From Ylistrum balloti (taxonomy: Eukaryota): a stretch of 64,000 nt of DNA. This document shows positions 36,301-49,485 of the stretch, in pieces. The translations under genes were made by a program, and so were the position numbers. Every line of letters begins with the position of its first letter. Within the stretch, counting starts at the first letter, position 1. The stretch lies in the NCBI RefSeq assembly GCF_031769215.1, contig NW_026782156.1, forward strand, positions 62,001 to 126,000. Direction: 5' to 3'. The notes below the pieces were generated by a model. It had not been told where the DNA came from. It searched no databases and saw only the letters and a program-made list of their open reading frames with translations.

Positions 36301-38516
36301 GAAGATAGATGAAAACAATTTCAAACAGGTATACACAGGTAAAAATGTTTCGTTATTGGACACCATCGGTGGTGTAGTTCGGTCATAAATCTAAATAAAC
36401 TTATTTGAATTTACAATAAATATGAGGCACGTGTTTACACACGTCCTCCCAACAGCATATATCTATATTATATATATGTAACCATTGAAGCGATTTGTTT
36501 ACAATCAAGCTTTCATCTTGTTTACCCTCCATCAAACTTTTTAAACAATCTGAGATGAATGGGCTCGGTCGATTTTATTTTAAATATTTTTTTGGGGAAT
36601 CCAAACATCTCAAATAACACATAAAAATGTGCCAGTCACAATTTTATTTTCTCGCGTGCAACACTGAGCAGACGACATATCAACGATCCATCGAGATTGT
36701 CGTTTACTTTTTCTATTTTTTTTCTTTTATTCCATCATCTAAACATTGTAAACGAAAACGCATTTGTTTCATGAAAAAAAAAATGTGCTGTTTGACTCCG
36801 ATACCAAGGAGATAATGACCGGGTTTCCAGTAATATAAAATAAAGTAGACAGTTTATCCAAACGCTTTCTCATGGACATTTTTTAAAAATGTGGTTAAAA
36901 AAATCATAAGTTAAAAAATGTTGATATTATCATTTCAATTGATGTTTGAAGTTTTTTTATTTGTTTACGACAACATCAGTATCAATATCAAATGTACTGA
37001 ATATCCGGGTACTGAAGCACGCTATACCTGGGTACTCGTACCTGTTATTCACCTTCAGAACACATTCAGTTCGGTAAGGTAAACACTTCTGCTTCTACAA
37101 ACTTTAACGTTGATCTAATAAATAAATTGACAGATATGTCGTGTAACATTAAAATCTGTGCGATTTCAGATAACATAGTTCGTGTTTAGATCTGATATCG
37201 AGCACAAACATCATCACGCGCACTGTGATATTTCCAAACGAGCGTAATTGATTTCATTGCCTGCTAATACATGTAAACAGTTCGAGTCTATTTGCAATCG
37301 GTCAATGCACTATATGTACCTTGAGTAGTGGTATCTTACGTCACAGCTGCGAGAGAAGGCATGTTCCTTGAATATTACAGGACAACTTTACAAAGCCATT
37401 TCGATTTCTGTAACACATAACTGTGGTACATTTAGTTAAAATCTGACGTCAGTTAAGCCAAGCGGAAACTGATCGATGTGTTTTTCTTCACCTAGAAACC
37501 TATCTATGGAAATCAATCCTCCCGTAATTGTACGTGCACAGTTGGCGCTAGTTTCCAAATGTATTTGTATATAACATAAAAAAAATACGTGGAAGTGGTT
37601 CTGATGATTTAGGAAACATTTTACCATAAATAATCTTCTGTCTTAAATAATAAAATGTCTGCCACCAGCTCATACAGCTCATTAAATACATCACTATTGA
37701 TTTCTGATGTCTTTGGTATGCCTGTGTTTTCTATTTTCGTATGATTCATTTTAAATAGAAATGTCGGTATCTATGTTTTTCATATCACTGTACTGTAAGC
37801 TTTATTTTTTTGTAATTGTTGCTGTTTGTATTGTTTTAATACTGTAGAAATAATATGCGATATCTCTGGCATTTAGAACCAATGTAATTGGTATCAACGA
37901 AAGCTTTAATATTTTTTTATTGATATAGACCAATACTGTTGAACTACGTGTCGGAATGACTTTCCACATGTGACATATTACATTCTGACATTTGGTACGT
38001 ATTATTTGTACCTTTATAATATATATATCTAGTAAAGGTAAGAGGAAGTATAATATACAAGTATGGTAGAAAAACATGACGTGTTGTCTATGGTAACGCT
38101 GATGATACGACTATTATACCTACATACACGTATTCAGGATTCCTCTCTTGATAACATGGAATGAATACAGATATGCTATACTATAGATTGTTATTATTTC
38201 CTTCGTATTATTGAACAGATATCTTCGTACGAAGCTGTCAGCATAAAACACAACGTGAGCTATATATACAAATCTATCAACTAAGGGGAGGTAATTCAAA
38301 TTTAAAGGTTACTTGGTACGATTAAAATGCAATATAACGACGTGTATATTAAGTGAAATACAACGACTAATACCTACTTCAGACGTTAGTGGTTTTTGGA
38401 CTGGAGGGACCTACCGATAAGGTTACGACTCAGGCTTATAACATGGGCGTCCTGTACGTCAAGTCACTGGTGGAATACAGGGTTACGTTTTTCGTCCGCA
38501 GTCTTTAAGGATCTTT

Positions 38517-38547
38517 TGTGTGTGTGTGTGTGTGTGGGGGGGGGGGG
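38517..38547. repeat. (GT)n microsatellite followed by a G run
   Basis: Directly visible. Confidence 0.9.
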
Positions 38548-40182
38548 CGTTTTTTTTTTTATTTGTTCGTTTTCTGTTTTCCGTCTCTTAAATTCAAAAC
38601 TGATCCGGTTTTGAAAAACGGTATCTAAAATTCATTATCGTGCCTCTTCGAATACTGATAGTTAAGTCCCCAACCATCTCTGTGTCTACACAAACAACTT
38701 TAGTTAAGTCACTAACCTTCGTGATCGTGTATATGTGGGAAGGGAGTGACTTATCCCCTTCTCTCAATAATCGGCTGTTGTCAGTGCGCCTGGGGTGACA
38801 GATTTGGTCTAATATACAATGAATGACTAATTAATCTAGCATGTAATCTACTTACAACAACAAAGAAAACAAAATGTGGATAAAAATATATTTATACGTA
38901 ACAGCGGGGTTCAATTGTATTCTATATAGTTTATTTTTACGTAACTGCGGCTTACGTTTGTGAGGTTGTTTAAGTCGTACCGTTGATACGTGTAATAATG
39001 AGAGCTGAGGTGGAGTAAGTACTAAATCATACCAATGGTAGAACTTTTGTACCGTAAATACTTATCACTTTCCTTCAATGATTATAATGATATAAGACAC
39101 TGACGAACAAATACACATGGATCACCTAGTCCTAATATAAGGTACTTTGATTTGATTTGTTTGTAGCATAATTTACATTTTACTTTAACTTTCTGCAGGA
39201 ATATACTATTTATTGTTTTGTTATTACTGATATTTTTAATAAAGTTGCCATACTTTCATCAAGGGTTCAAGGTCAAGGCTGACTGCAAAGACGACAGTTC
39301 TCATTTTCTTTTAATGCGGAACTCTTTTGTAAAGAAGAAGGCTAAAATGGTAAGCGACAATGATGCCAGCATTTGCTGGATAAAGTCCGGCTCCTTCTGT
39401 TTATAAATATGTATTTAATATATAAGTGTGGTTATGTGCAGTTTTCTCACAAGCAAAAACCATTTGCAACTGATTACAGCAATATATACCAGAGATGCTG
39501 ATCAGATGTAGACTGACTGAAGTGGTTGTATAAAAGCCGAGCTTTCAACATCTTTAACAAAGTCTTAGTAATACAGTCATGATCGTGTACGGGACGGAGG
39601 AAATCACAGCCGATCTAAAGCTGTAAAACACATCTGTGTGGGCTTTATTTACTCCAAATATATCCCACAATTTGTCACCTTGTCAGGTGTTCATTTCTAC
39701 CAATATACCTGGATTCGCCAATACATATCAGTCACTTTTATAGTTTCCTTTACTGTTAACCAAAATAAACCTTGTTATTTTTAGAAACGATATTTTGGGA
39801 TGTTTTTCATATAGTTGAAGTGAAGCGCTTATCTCGGTAAGATTTAATAGAGCGAGCAAATGTCGGTCGCAAGTCTAGTTTTGAAAATGATTATCTTATC
39901 TTGAGAACTAAGGGAAAGGTTGTAACGTATAAACATGGATACTAGATACTCAATATAAATCTCATAACAACGAACACGTGTAATAAAACCCGAACAAAGA
40001 ACACAGAGATGGATATAAAAATCCGGATTATAATATCAATGCGGGACAAAATATCACTAACACGGAGATTGTTAATCAACTCCGGATTAAGTAACCTACA
40101 TAAAACGGATAATAAAGTATTTATTAAATAAACTTAGCATAGAAACGACAAAAACATATTCGGATTCCGGAATAAACAACGT

Positions 40183-40860
40183 ACGGACAGGAGACGGGAA
40201 AAGATATCGGATTAGACAACACATGAATAGGGGACGGATACAGATATCGGATTAGACAACACACGGACAGGGGACGGATACAGATATCGGATTAGACAAC
40301 ACATGGGTAGGGGACGGATACAGATATCGAATTAGACAACACACGAATAGGGGACGGATACAGATATCGGATTAGACAGCACATGGATAGGGGACGGATA
40401 TAGATATCGGATTAGACGACACATAGATAGGGGACGGAAACAGATATCGGATTAGACGACACATAGATAGGGGACGGAAACAGATATCGGATTAGACGAC
40501 ACATGTATTGGGGACGGAAACAGATATCGAATTAGACAACACACGGATAGGGGACGGATACAGATATAGGATTAGACAACACATGGATAGGGGACGGAAA
40601 CCTATTTCGGATTAGACAACACATGGATAGGGGACGGATACAGATATCGGATCAGATAACACATGGATAGGGGACGGATACAGATATCGGATTAGACAAC
40701 ACACGGATAGGGGACGGATACAGATATCGGATTAAACAACACATGGATAGGGGACGGATACAGATATCGGATTAGACAACACACGGACAGAGGACGGATA
40801 CAGATATCGGATTAGACAACACATGGATAGGGGACGGATACAGATTCTGACAACACATGA
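40183..40860. repeat. Minisatellite, 40-nt unit ggacggatacagatatcggattagacaacacatggatagg, about 17 copies
   Basis: gggacggata recurs at 40231, 40271, 40311 and onward. Confidence 0.95.
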
Positions 40861-41887
40861 ACACGAAGACGGAATAAGATTTCGACCCTAACAACACATC
40901 GATAAGAAGACGGAAAATAGATTTCGTACCAAGAATACTTAAAATATACATTTAATTTTTGTACAGAGGTTAAGTCTTTTCAGACAAAATTGATTAAAAT
41001 TCAAGTTCAGACGAAAGTAAAACAAATTTCATTCTTCTTACATTGTATGTTATTCTTATTGTGTAACTTACAACTTTAGTCAAGCTGGACAAATAAAGAA
41101 ATCATTCAGGACAACAACACAATCGTTCTGATGCCAGATGTAAAGACCCCATTGATATTCAAACGTAGTGGTATTAATTTTAATTGACCTATTGTTTTTT
41201 CGGACCGAACCAGAATTTCCTCTCGTCTCTATATATGTATCTATAAAACAAAGCAGACAGGTATATTTGCACCTCCGAAATGTCAGCTTTAATGTTTCTT
41301 ATATATCCGTAATGATTGCGAACTGCCTTAATTACAACTGGCATCAAATGTTTGTCAGGAATACTATGTACCAAAAATAGTTGCGGATTTTATTTGTAGG
41401 TTCTATGAGGGTGAGAGCCTAGAGACGTTGGGTTCGGACGCCTATGGACAAAAAGAATATTAAAAAGACTGTATAATATTATTCATGGCATATGTTTTTC
41501 ATCGTTTCTGTGGCTACAGAGTAATGATTTATATACACTGGTTAGCATTAGAACAGAGGGCGCCAAAGATCAGACATGTTTACATGCAATTATGTGGATG
41601 TGACTCTCAGGAAACCTTAGGCATAGAATTACACGTTAAAGATTGGAGAAATCTAAACGATAAACAGAAATTTGCTAGCGGCTTTAGATCAGCTATCTGG
41701 TACCCAGGCTTTACATGAAACGGTATGCAAGAACAGCTCGGGCCCTTAAGCCTAATCTATCCTCATTTGTGCTAAAAATAGAATATCACTAATGACCCTT
41801 CTTAGTGAGGTTCGGTTGTCAATGGATGTAATTATTGGCAGGGAAATGGAATGTACATTCATGTTCGGTAAATGATCGAGAGATGAA

Positions 41888-41940
41888 CCGGAAGTGCAAT
41901 TTAGTTTCCTGAAGAGGTCTACAGGTAACCGGAAGTACAA
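41888..41940 (+). promoter_or_regulatory. Paired ETS sites (accggaagt x2), promoter-like
   Basis: Two CCGGAAGT motifs about 40 nt apart, upstream of plus-strand donors at 42133 and 42440. Confidence 0.4.
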
Positions 41941-43330
41941 TTCATGCAGTCGATGACTTCACAAAGGCCTGTGTCATCTCATAATTAATCACAATTTTTA
42001 CAACTTTTACAACATTTGTCGATTTTGTTTTGAATAATTATCTTCGTACTACGTTTCACACGCCACAGGTCATACAGCGTGGAAGCTACCGACATGTGTC
42101 TGGTAAATTATCGCGAGGGTTTGCAACACCAGGTAAGTTTTAAGGACTATCCCTTGTTTGTTGATTTTAAAACGATAATCTAGCGTTAAAGCATTATTAT
42201 GCTGTAAATACTCCTTGAGCGTAAATTATTACAAGCATGGCCTAGTTTTGAAAAAGGATAAAGCCGAAAGCTAATACATTGTCATGTTTATTAATACAAA
42301 TATGTATTAATTATTTTTGCCATTCTGATAGTTTATATTTTTTTAAACTTGGACATACGGTTTTAGAGAAAAAGATCTAAGAAATTTTGCTTGTATTCGT
42401 CGTGTGCTGTTTGTTGTTGTCGTCGCCGCGGTCCTGGCGGTAAGTATCAGAAGTTGTGCACTGATTACACTTGAGGTAATATGAAAACATATTTATCACT
42501 ACATTTCACTGTTTTTATACTGATATATATCGTGTCAAATAAAAATTGTCATAGATATACATATACATGTAGATACACATCTACTTCACAATCTAGATGC
42601 AATACATTACACTAATGTAAAATCTATATATACCAGGGCGTAATCTCTGTAATTATTTCATTTCTTAAGTCGCTGAAAACCGCATTGTCGTTCAAACTGT
42701 CGCTCTTCAATTACACCTGACGTGAACGTGTATATAGTAAATGACAATTCATGTAATTGAACCGATAATACACAAATCAGATTTCTGTACAATAGCACCA
42801 TTTACAGGTAGAATGTATTAGTATTTTAAAGGCAATTTTTTCTTTAACTTCCATAGTTAACAGATATAAACCAGGACAAATTCCATTGAGACGTGTACAT
42901 TGTATGCTACATATAATACCACAGGTCCTGGTCAGAATTGCTATATATGAACTTTGTTATATTACATTTGTATATAGTAACTATCAGAAATCGATGTTGT
43001 GACCAGAACCTGTGAGTAGAAAAACTGAGTACTTTTTATATAGTACTTTTGTTACACACATTATGCTGTATAACGTTAGAAGTAACAGTGTGCACTATAG
43101 ATCCTCAAATCATAGAAATGATTCGGAACTTCAATACATGAAGTGAAAACAGACCCAATACCAGCCTCAGTATTAATAAGACCGCTGTGAAAATGTGATA
43201 CCCTGGTGAAAACTAGTCTGAAGTATCCTGTTGGAGGTAGGTGAAGAGAGGGGGACCACCCATGTATACTCTTCATGAGATGTTTTTATCTTTAAATCAT
43301 GCCGTTTGATAATTTGTTTTGATTACTTAC

Positions 43331-43346
43331 AAAACTCTTCCGCCAT
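43331..43346 (-). CDS. Candidate short alternative first exon of PKA-C: MAEEF(F)
   Basis: atcATGG strong Kozak context, 16 nt ending in phase 1 at TTT T|gtaagt; CpG-rich sequence at 43350-43560; gives the same EF-FKEFL junction as the N2 exon. Confidence 0.6.
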
Positions 43347-44394
43347 GATCCAACTGCAGTAGAATCAAAAGCTCGGAAAACACACAGTATATAAACAGAA
43401 GGTCCGGGAACAGAAACTCCTCGGTCAGGTTAATTCCGGATCCACAGAACCGGTCCCAAACATACAGTTAGAAATGACTTATGACCTTCCCAATATATGT
43501 AAAACAGCTTATGAGTTATCGTTCCTCCACTCGCTTGTGCATCGAAACGAAATCTCCGGGGAAAATAACTTTGAGAAGTTTTTTACACCTTGTATACGTT
43601 TGCTTGAATTGGATAGCGAGTATTAAGGCACCAATACCATGTGTATATATATCTGTATGTACACCCCTCTCTGTGCTCCTTCCTCCAACTCTTCCTCTTA
43701 GTCCTTAACCAAGTCTATATATACATACAACGCTGCGTTCTATCACTGTTTACACTTCACCGTACGTGTTTAAACCACCAGAGGAAAGCAAAGATTTGTT
43801 TTAAAGTCGCATGCCTTGCTAGGAATAGATTTACAAGCCAAGATTAAGACGATTCGAATTCTAGGTCGCTACCTGGCGAAAACTTCTGACCAAGGGGTTG
43901 TAGGTTTTATAAGTGGGGCGATAAGGCGTCATAGTGGGTGTTATTTGTAGTTTTAAAAGTTTGACCAGAACGTTAAGACATGCCAGAGTTAACTTTAATC
44001 TTCAGTGATAATTGTAGTGAGTTACGAGATAGCGAGACCAAGTCCGACGTCTGATAACGATGGACAGATTGTTTACAGCCAAGCAATACACAACATGGAT
44101 AAAACTTTTTTCTGAATATGAAGGTTAAACGGACGTCGCTAAAATCCGGAATACGGCGCATTTTTCGATCTTTTTAAAAATTAGAATGGAAACCTGCTTC
44201 AAAAATCCGAATTATCTTGATTCCACACGTTATGTTTGTGAATAAAAACCTAAATACATTTATATCAAAACAACTGCACAAGTTTAAGTTCAACATCAAC
44301 ACGTGTTACAATCCGGATGTAATAGTCTGCATATGTACACATTTTATTCCGTGACATATCGTGTTTCATTAATCCGAATAAAGTTTGCCCCGCA

Positions 44395-45230
44395 GCAATC
44401 CTGTCTTGTACTGCCCCCAGTTTGGACATAATACGTCCCCCAATTTGGACATAATACATCCCCCAGCGCAATCCTGTTAGATACTGCCCTCATTTAATGT
44501 AGGGTTTCAGGATAGGTTTGGACATAATACGTCCCCAGAGCAATCCTGTCCGATACTGCCCCTAGTTAATGCAGGATTTCAGGACAAGTTTGGACATAAT
44601 ACGTCCCCAGAGCAATCCTGTCCGATACTGCCCCTAGTTAATGTAGGATTTCAGGACAAGTTTGGACATAATACATCCCCAGAGCAATCCTGTCTGATAC
44701 TGCCCCCAGTAAATGTATGATTTCAGGTTAAATTTAGACATAACACGTCCCCCAGAGCAATCCTGTCTGATATTTCCTCCAGTTAATGTAAGATAAGTTT
44801 GGACATAATACGTCCCCAGAGCAATCCTGTCCGATACTGCCCCTAGTTAATGTAGGATTTCAGGACAAGTTTGGACATAATACGTCCCCAGAGCAATCCA
44901 GCCAGATAATTCCTCTAGTTAATGTAGGATTTCAGGATAATTTTGGACAGAATACATCCCCAGAGCAATCCTGTCTGATACTGCCCCCAGTAAATGTAGG
45001 ATTTCAGGTTAAATTTGGACATAATACGTCCCCCAACGCAATCCTGTTAGATACTGCCCTCATTTAATGTAGGGTTTCAGGATAGGTTTGAACATAATAC
45101 GTCCCAGAGCAATCCTGTCTGATACTGCTCCCAGTAAATGTAGATTAAGTTTGGACATAATACGTCCCCCGAAGAATCCTGTCAGATACTGCCCCCCGTT
45201 AAAGTAGGATTTCAGGTTAGTGTGAAAATA
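44395..45230. repeat. Minisatellite, about 72-nt unit gtttggacataatacgtccccagagcaatcctgtccgatactgcccctagttaatgtaggatttcaggacaa, about 12 copies
   Basis: gtttggacataat recurs at 44516 and 44588 (72 nt apart) and onward. Confidence 0.93.
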
Positions 45231-45879
45231 TGACAAAAGTTTTAAGCAGATTAAGATTAAATGTACGCTAATCTGGTAAACTGGACATTTTGACCTTAGA
45301 TTTTCTTTAGTGAGCTGTTGGATTTTCTTGACCTTGTGTGTGTACCGATAAGGTAAGTTGTATACTGTATATTTTTCTGATGACCTTAAGCACTGAGTAC
45401 ATTAAGTATTAAGTATCTGTCGCTGTACCTTAATCACTGTTACAGTCCACGTGAAAATGATGAAATAGGTTATTTAATTATTAGTTACTAGGGATGTGGT
45501 GGCATATCAAACATGGACGTGCACATTTTTTAGGAAGTTTTTTTTATGTTATGAACTAACAAGAATGTGCGACAATTTAATAAAATGTATAATTATTGAA
45601 ATTGTCGAAATTCCACATCATTGGTAGACAAAATAGCTCACTGTATGAAGGCAAGAATGTTTTATTAGTACTTTATATAAAAGGAGATTCCAATATCTGA
45701 CACGTTCACTTACCTCTTCATACATACAACATGTGATAATTTCAATAAAAATATGTGATATCGTAGAGAAATGTAATAATTCACAGAGCGGTAAACCAAC
45801 CAAACAACTACCAAATACACAAAAGAATAATGAAAAAATGAAAGAGAGTTTGATGCCCTCAAATTGGAAAATTCCCCTG

Positions 45880-46073
45880 NNNNNNNNNNNNNNNNNNNNN
45901 NNNNNNNNNNNNNNNNNNNNNNNNNNNNNNNNNNNNNNNNNNNNNNNNNNNNNNNNNNNNNNNNNNNNNNNNNNNNNNNNNNNNNNNNNNNNNNNNNNNN
46001 NNNNNNNNNNNNNNNNNNNNNNNNNNNNNNNNNNNNNNNNNNNNNNNNNNNNNNNNNNNNNNNNNNNNNNNNN
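45880..46073. other. Assembly gap (194 N)
   Basis: Run of n characters. Confidence 1.
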
Positions 46074-46289
46074 CGACGATATTAAAAAACAACAAAAATA
46101 AAACAAAACCAAAAACAGAGAAACAAAACGAACAAAATCAATCTAGTTTGTTTTATTAGTAATAACTTTTATTTTATTATGTGTGATGATACTTTTTATA
46201 TGGGTTTTATGGAGATCAAGAGGAACCTACACATGAAATATGAGAAAGGCCCATAACGGTCAACCATTACTCCTCCATAAAAAGCGAAA

Positions 46290-46740
46290 TCAAGGTTTGT
46301 TTACGGATGGACAGACGGATGGACAGACGGACGGTAAATGTTTCGATTGGTATCATGTTCAAAACATCATATTGCTGCTTGAAATGATCCTTTTAGGATG
46401 AAAATGTCGACCAAGGTATTGACCATATAATTCTACCACTCACGGCCATCTTGAATATCAATAATGTAGAAAATGTGCCATGAAGATATAGGATCCCTAT
46501 TGAACATGATGACAAAGTATTCAGAATATCTATTCAGTCGTTTTTTTTTAAGAAATAATCACTCGTTTTAATGCTTGAAACTCATGGCTGCAGGCTGTCA
46601 TTTCAGATAGTCGACGCAGAAGCTTAAAATATTGCAATTAGTATCCATGCTGAACATGTTCGTTAAGTTTCAAGAGAGCTGAAAAATTCAAATATCAAAA
46701 TCAAAACTGCATGGCAGCTTGCTTGACGAAGATCATAATG
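46290..46740. mobile_element. Probable fragment of a bivalve non-autonomous DNA element (Helentron-associated type)
   Basis: acggatggacagacggatggacagacggacgg microsatellite plus cggccatcttga motif; family recognised from memory only. Confidence 0.35.
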
Positions 46741-47610
46741 CAGCTTATATATTCCTCTGACTTCTGCACCAGACGTTAGACATTTTGTCGGACAAATATC
46801 CGCAATCTGTCTGTTAAAATCTCTAACGTCTAGCGTAGAAGCAAAAAGAAACTAAAGCCAGCACAACTAGACACCATTCTAACAAAATTCCTGAAGGTTG
46901 AAGAACATGCCCACGAATTACTGTAGAAGCTTAAGAAGTATTACAAATCATTATACATGTACATCTCGCGCGTCACCCGCTTCTCCATATCGTCAGAATC
47001 ATACTGTTCTAAATAGCGTAAAACGTCAAATTAATTCTTAAAATATTATTTAACTGCTATATTTTAAGAAAAAAATACGAATTGTATATTTTCCAAAAAC
47101 GCACTACGTGTAAAGAGTTACATTTCAGCTAAACGCAAAACTTCATCATTATAATTAATTAACAATATCTATACTACGTTCAACAGTAGATGGAATTCTT
47201 AATGAATAAATGGGAGGATGTTCCAGGTTTACATATATCAACTCAACACCGAGCTACTCGTAAAACTTAAAAGCTTTAGCGTTGATTTGAAAATTAACAA
47301 TCTCCTAATAACCTTCATGTAGTGGCTAAGATTATAATTTGTACCATGTGTTGAGATAGTCTCATTTACATGCAACTGTAACACGTAATTATTTCAATAA
47401 AGACGCCCCTGGAGAAACAACGTTTTTGTCCCGCTCCACGACTCCACAGTACGTCGGTATGAAATGTACAAAATGTGCAGGACCGAAAAATTAAATTAAC
47501 AAATAATGAAATTAAATGTACAGCAAAGTTTACACAGAAAAGGATGGAAAAGTTAAATCAAGATTAAGAAAATATGAAATATATTATATATATATATATA
47601 TATACAGTGC

Positions 47611-47796
47611 GGACAAGTGAATTGTTAATAGATAAGATCAATGAGGTAATAACGACAGCACGCTCAAGTGAATTCGAGGCAATCTGCCCATTCATTTGCA
47701 CGTACTCTCGTTATTACGACATTGATCATATATCTATTCCAGTAATACGCATCCAACGAACATTTGTTTGTTAGCATTCAGTACCAATATTGGACC
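47611..47796. mobile_element. Second copy of the fold-back element family seen at 8228-8584
   Basis: Shares ggacaagtgaattg, gaggcaatctgccc (inverse of 8448-8461) and the segment ending ..cagtaccaatattggacca; has its own internal inverted repeat at 47628-47737. Confidence 0.6.
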
Positions 47797-49440
47797 ATAC
47801 GATCGATATTACTTACTAGATTATACATACATATATATACGTTAGGACTTTTACATAGCATTTTTTCACCTATCGTGAGAAAACGGTTCATCGGAGACAA
47901 AATGTTGTTTTGATGACCCCTGATATAAAGCGTAACCTTTTATTGTCAAAATGTGAATATACATGTTTGCTTCCTTTTTACATTTTAAGAGGAATTTGTA
48001 ACAAAAATCCACATGTGCCAGCCCCGGTATTGTGACTATGTATTCAATATGTGCCGTTCCCATACCATACGTCTACTTCTGAACAAAACAAGTCGTTTCC
48101 CTTTTTATTCGGAATTGATATAACGAATCTACTAGACCCTTCAACCACTATCTAATATCACTTTGATATTGAAATCATGTTTACAAAATACTTGTATATG
48201 TAATTTGAGGCCACGGTAGAACCCTGCAGAGTTTGATATTTCCTTTTAAAAAGAGATTTGTTTACTTCCGTCTGAATGTTGACAACTCGCTAAGGTCATA
48301 TTACAAGTTTTACTAGAATAACTAATAGTAATGTATTACATATTTTAGTTAAAGATAAAAAAATCCAAACTGCATGTGTTAAATCCAAAGTAAAAACATA
48401 TCATACTATTTCTTCTAGTGACATTTTTTCTGATAGAGTACGTTTGTCAAAATGTTTAACGTCTGGTGTCAGAAGGAAATTTAATAGAAAAACTAGTGTC
48501 CTGAGTGAGATAAGTGCTAAAAGTTCATTTCAGGATAAAACGTAAAATCATAAGAACAAATGAAAACACAGAAAAAACAAAATCTCTGTACAAAAAGGTA
48601 AAACAGGGCTGGGGAGGATATGGAGAACAGTGCAATGTACCTGTATGTATAAACTGAAAAGTCACATTAAATCATGTTCGTGGAGATAGACAGGATGTGG
48701 GAGAGAAGAGCTAGCAGTATTTTGTACACGAGTTTGTTTACAGAAGGGCAAGTGATTGAACTTACCATCCTGACTAAGGCTTTCAAAATGGATTTCCCTC
48801 AAGAAGATAACACAGGTGATAGCTTTGTTTACCTCCTCTTTGATTGATGTTTTCTGGGTTCGTGTAAGCACGTGCTGAAGTACATAAAGGTATCAGCGCT
48901 GGGGCTTTAACTAAACTGTTTATATGTTGTATAGTCTGTCCAATTTTATCTGAATTTTAAAATACAACATAGAAACAAATTGCCTTCTGTTAAATGATAC
49001 GTGGAAAATAAGAAGCCATCTTTTCGAAATTCCATATATCTGTTGTGGTTTTTCTCAACTGAAACGACCGGGATTTCGTACTGATGAAACTTTCACTAGA
49101 AAATATATATCAGATGTACTTTTAACGGAGTAGTTCATTTTCTGATTTCACAAAGGGTGATTAGCTTAAGCAGACAAGTAAATGGTAATATCTTATACCG
49201 GTATTGTCAAACGTTACACAATCTCTTCCAATCATCCAACTTCCGTTTGTTAAAGCCTAGTCTCATTTAAGTACGTTCGGGCCGATGTTGCAGCCGAAAC
49301 GAAATCTTGAGATCAATGAAACAGCTGTTTGCACTCAAATATTTTTACTATCATTTTTCATTATCAGTTTCATCAATTTCTGATACCTTTTCCTCCTAAC
49401 ACTGACTTTTAAAGACATACATTACAATTAAAGGGAGATG

Positions 49441-49485
49441 AGGGGGGGGAGGGTGTGTGTGTGTGTGTGTGGGGGGGGGGGGGGG
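49441..49485. repeat. G run / (GT)n / G run compound repeat with G-quadruplex potential
   Basis: agggggggga gggtgtgt...gggggggggggggggg seen directly. Confidence 0.85.

Noticed and set aside
45618-46112. ORFs spanning the N run
   Set aside because: Artefacts of the assembly gap.
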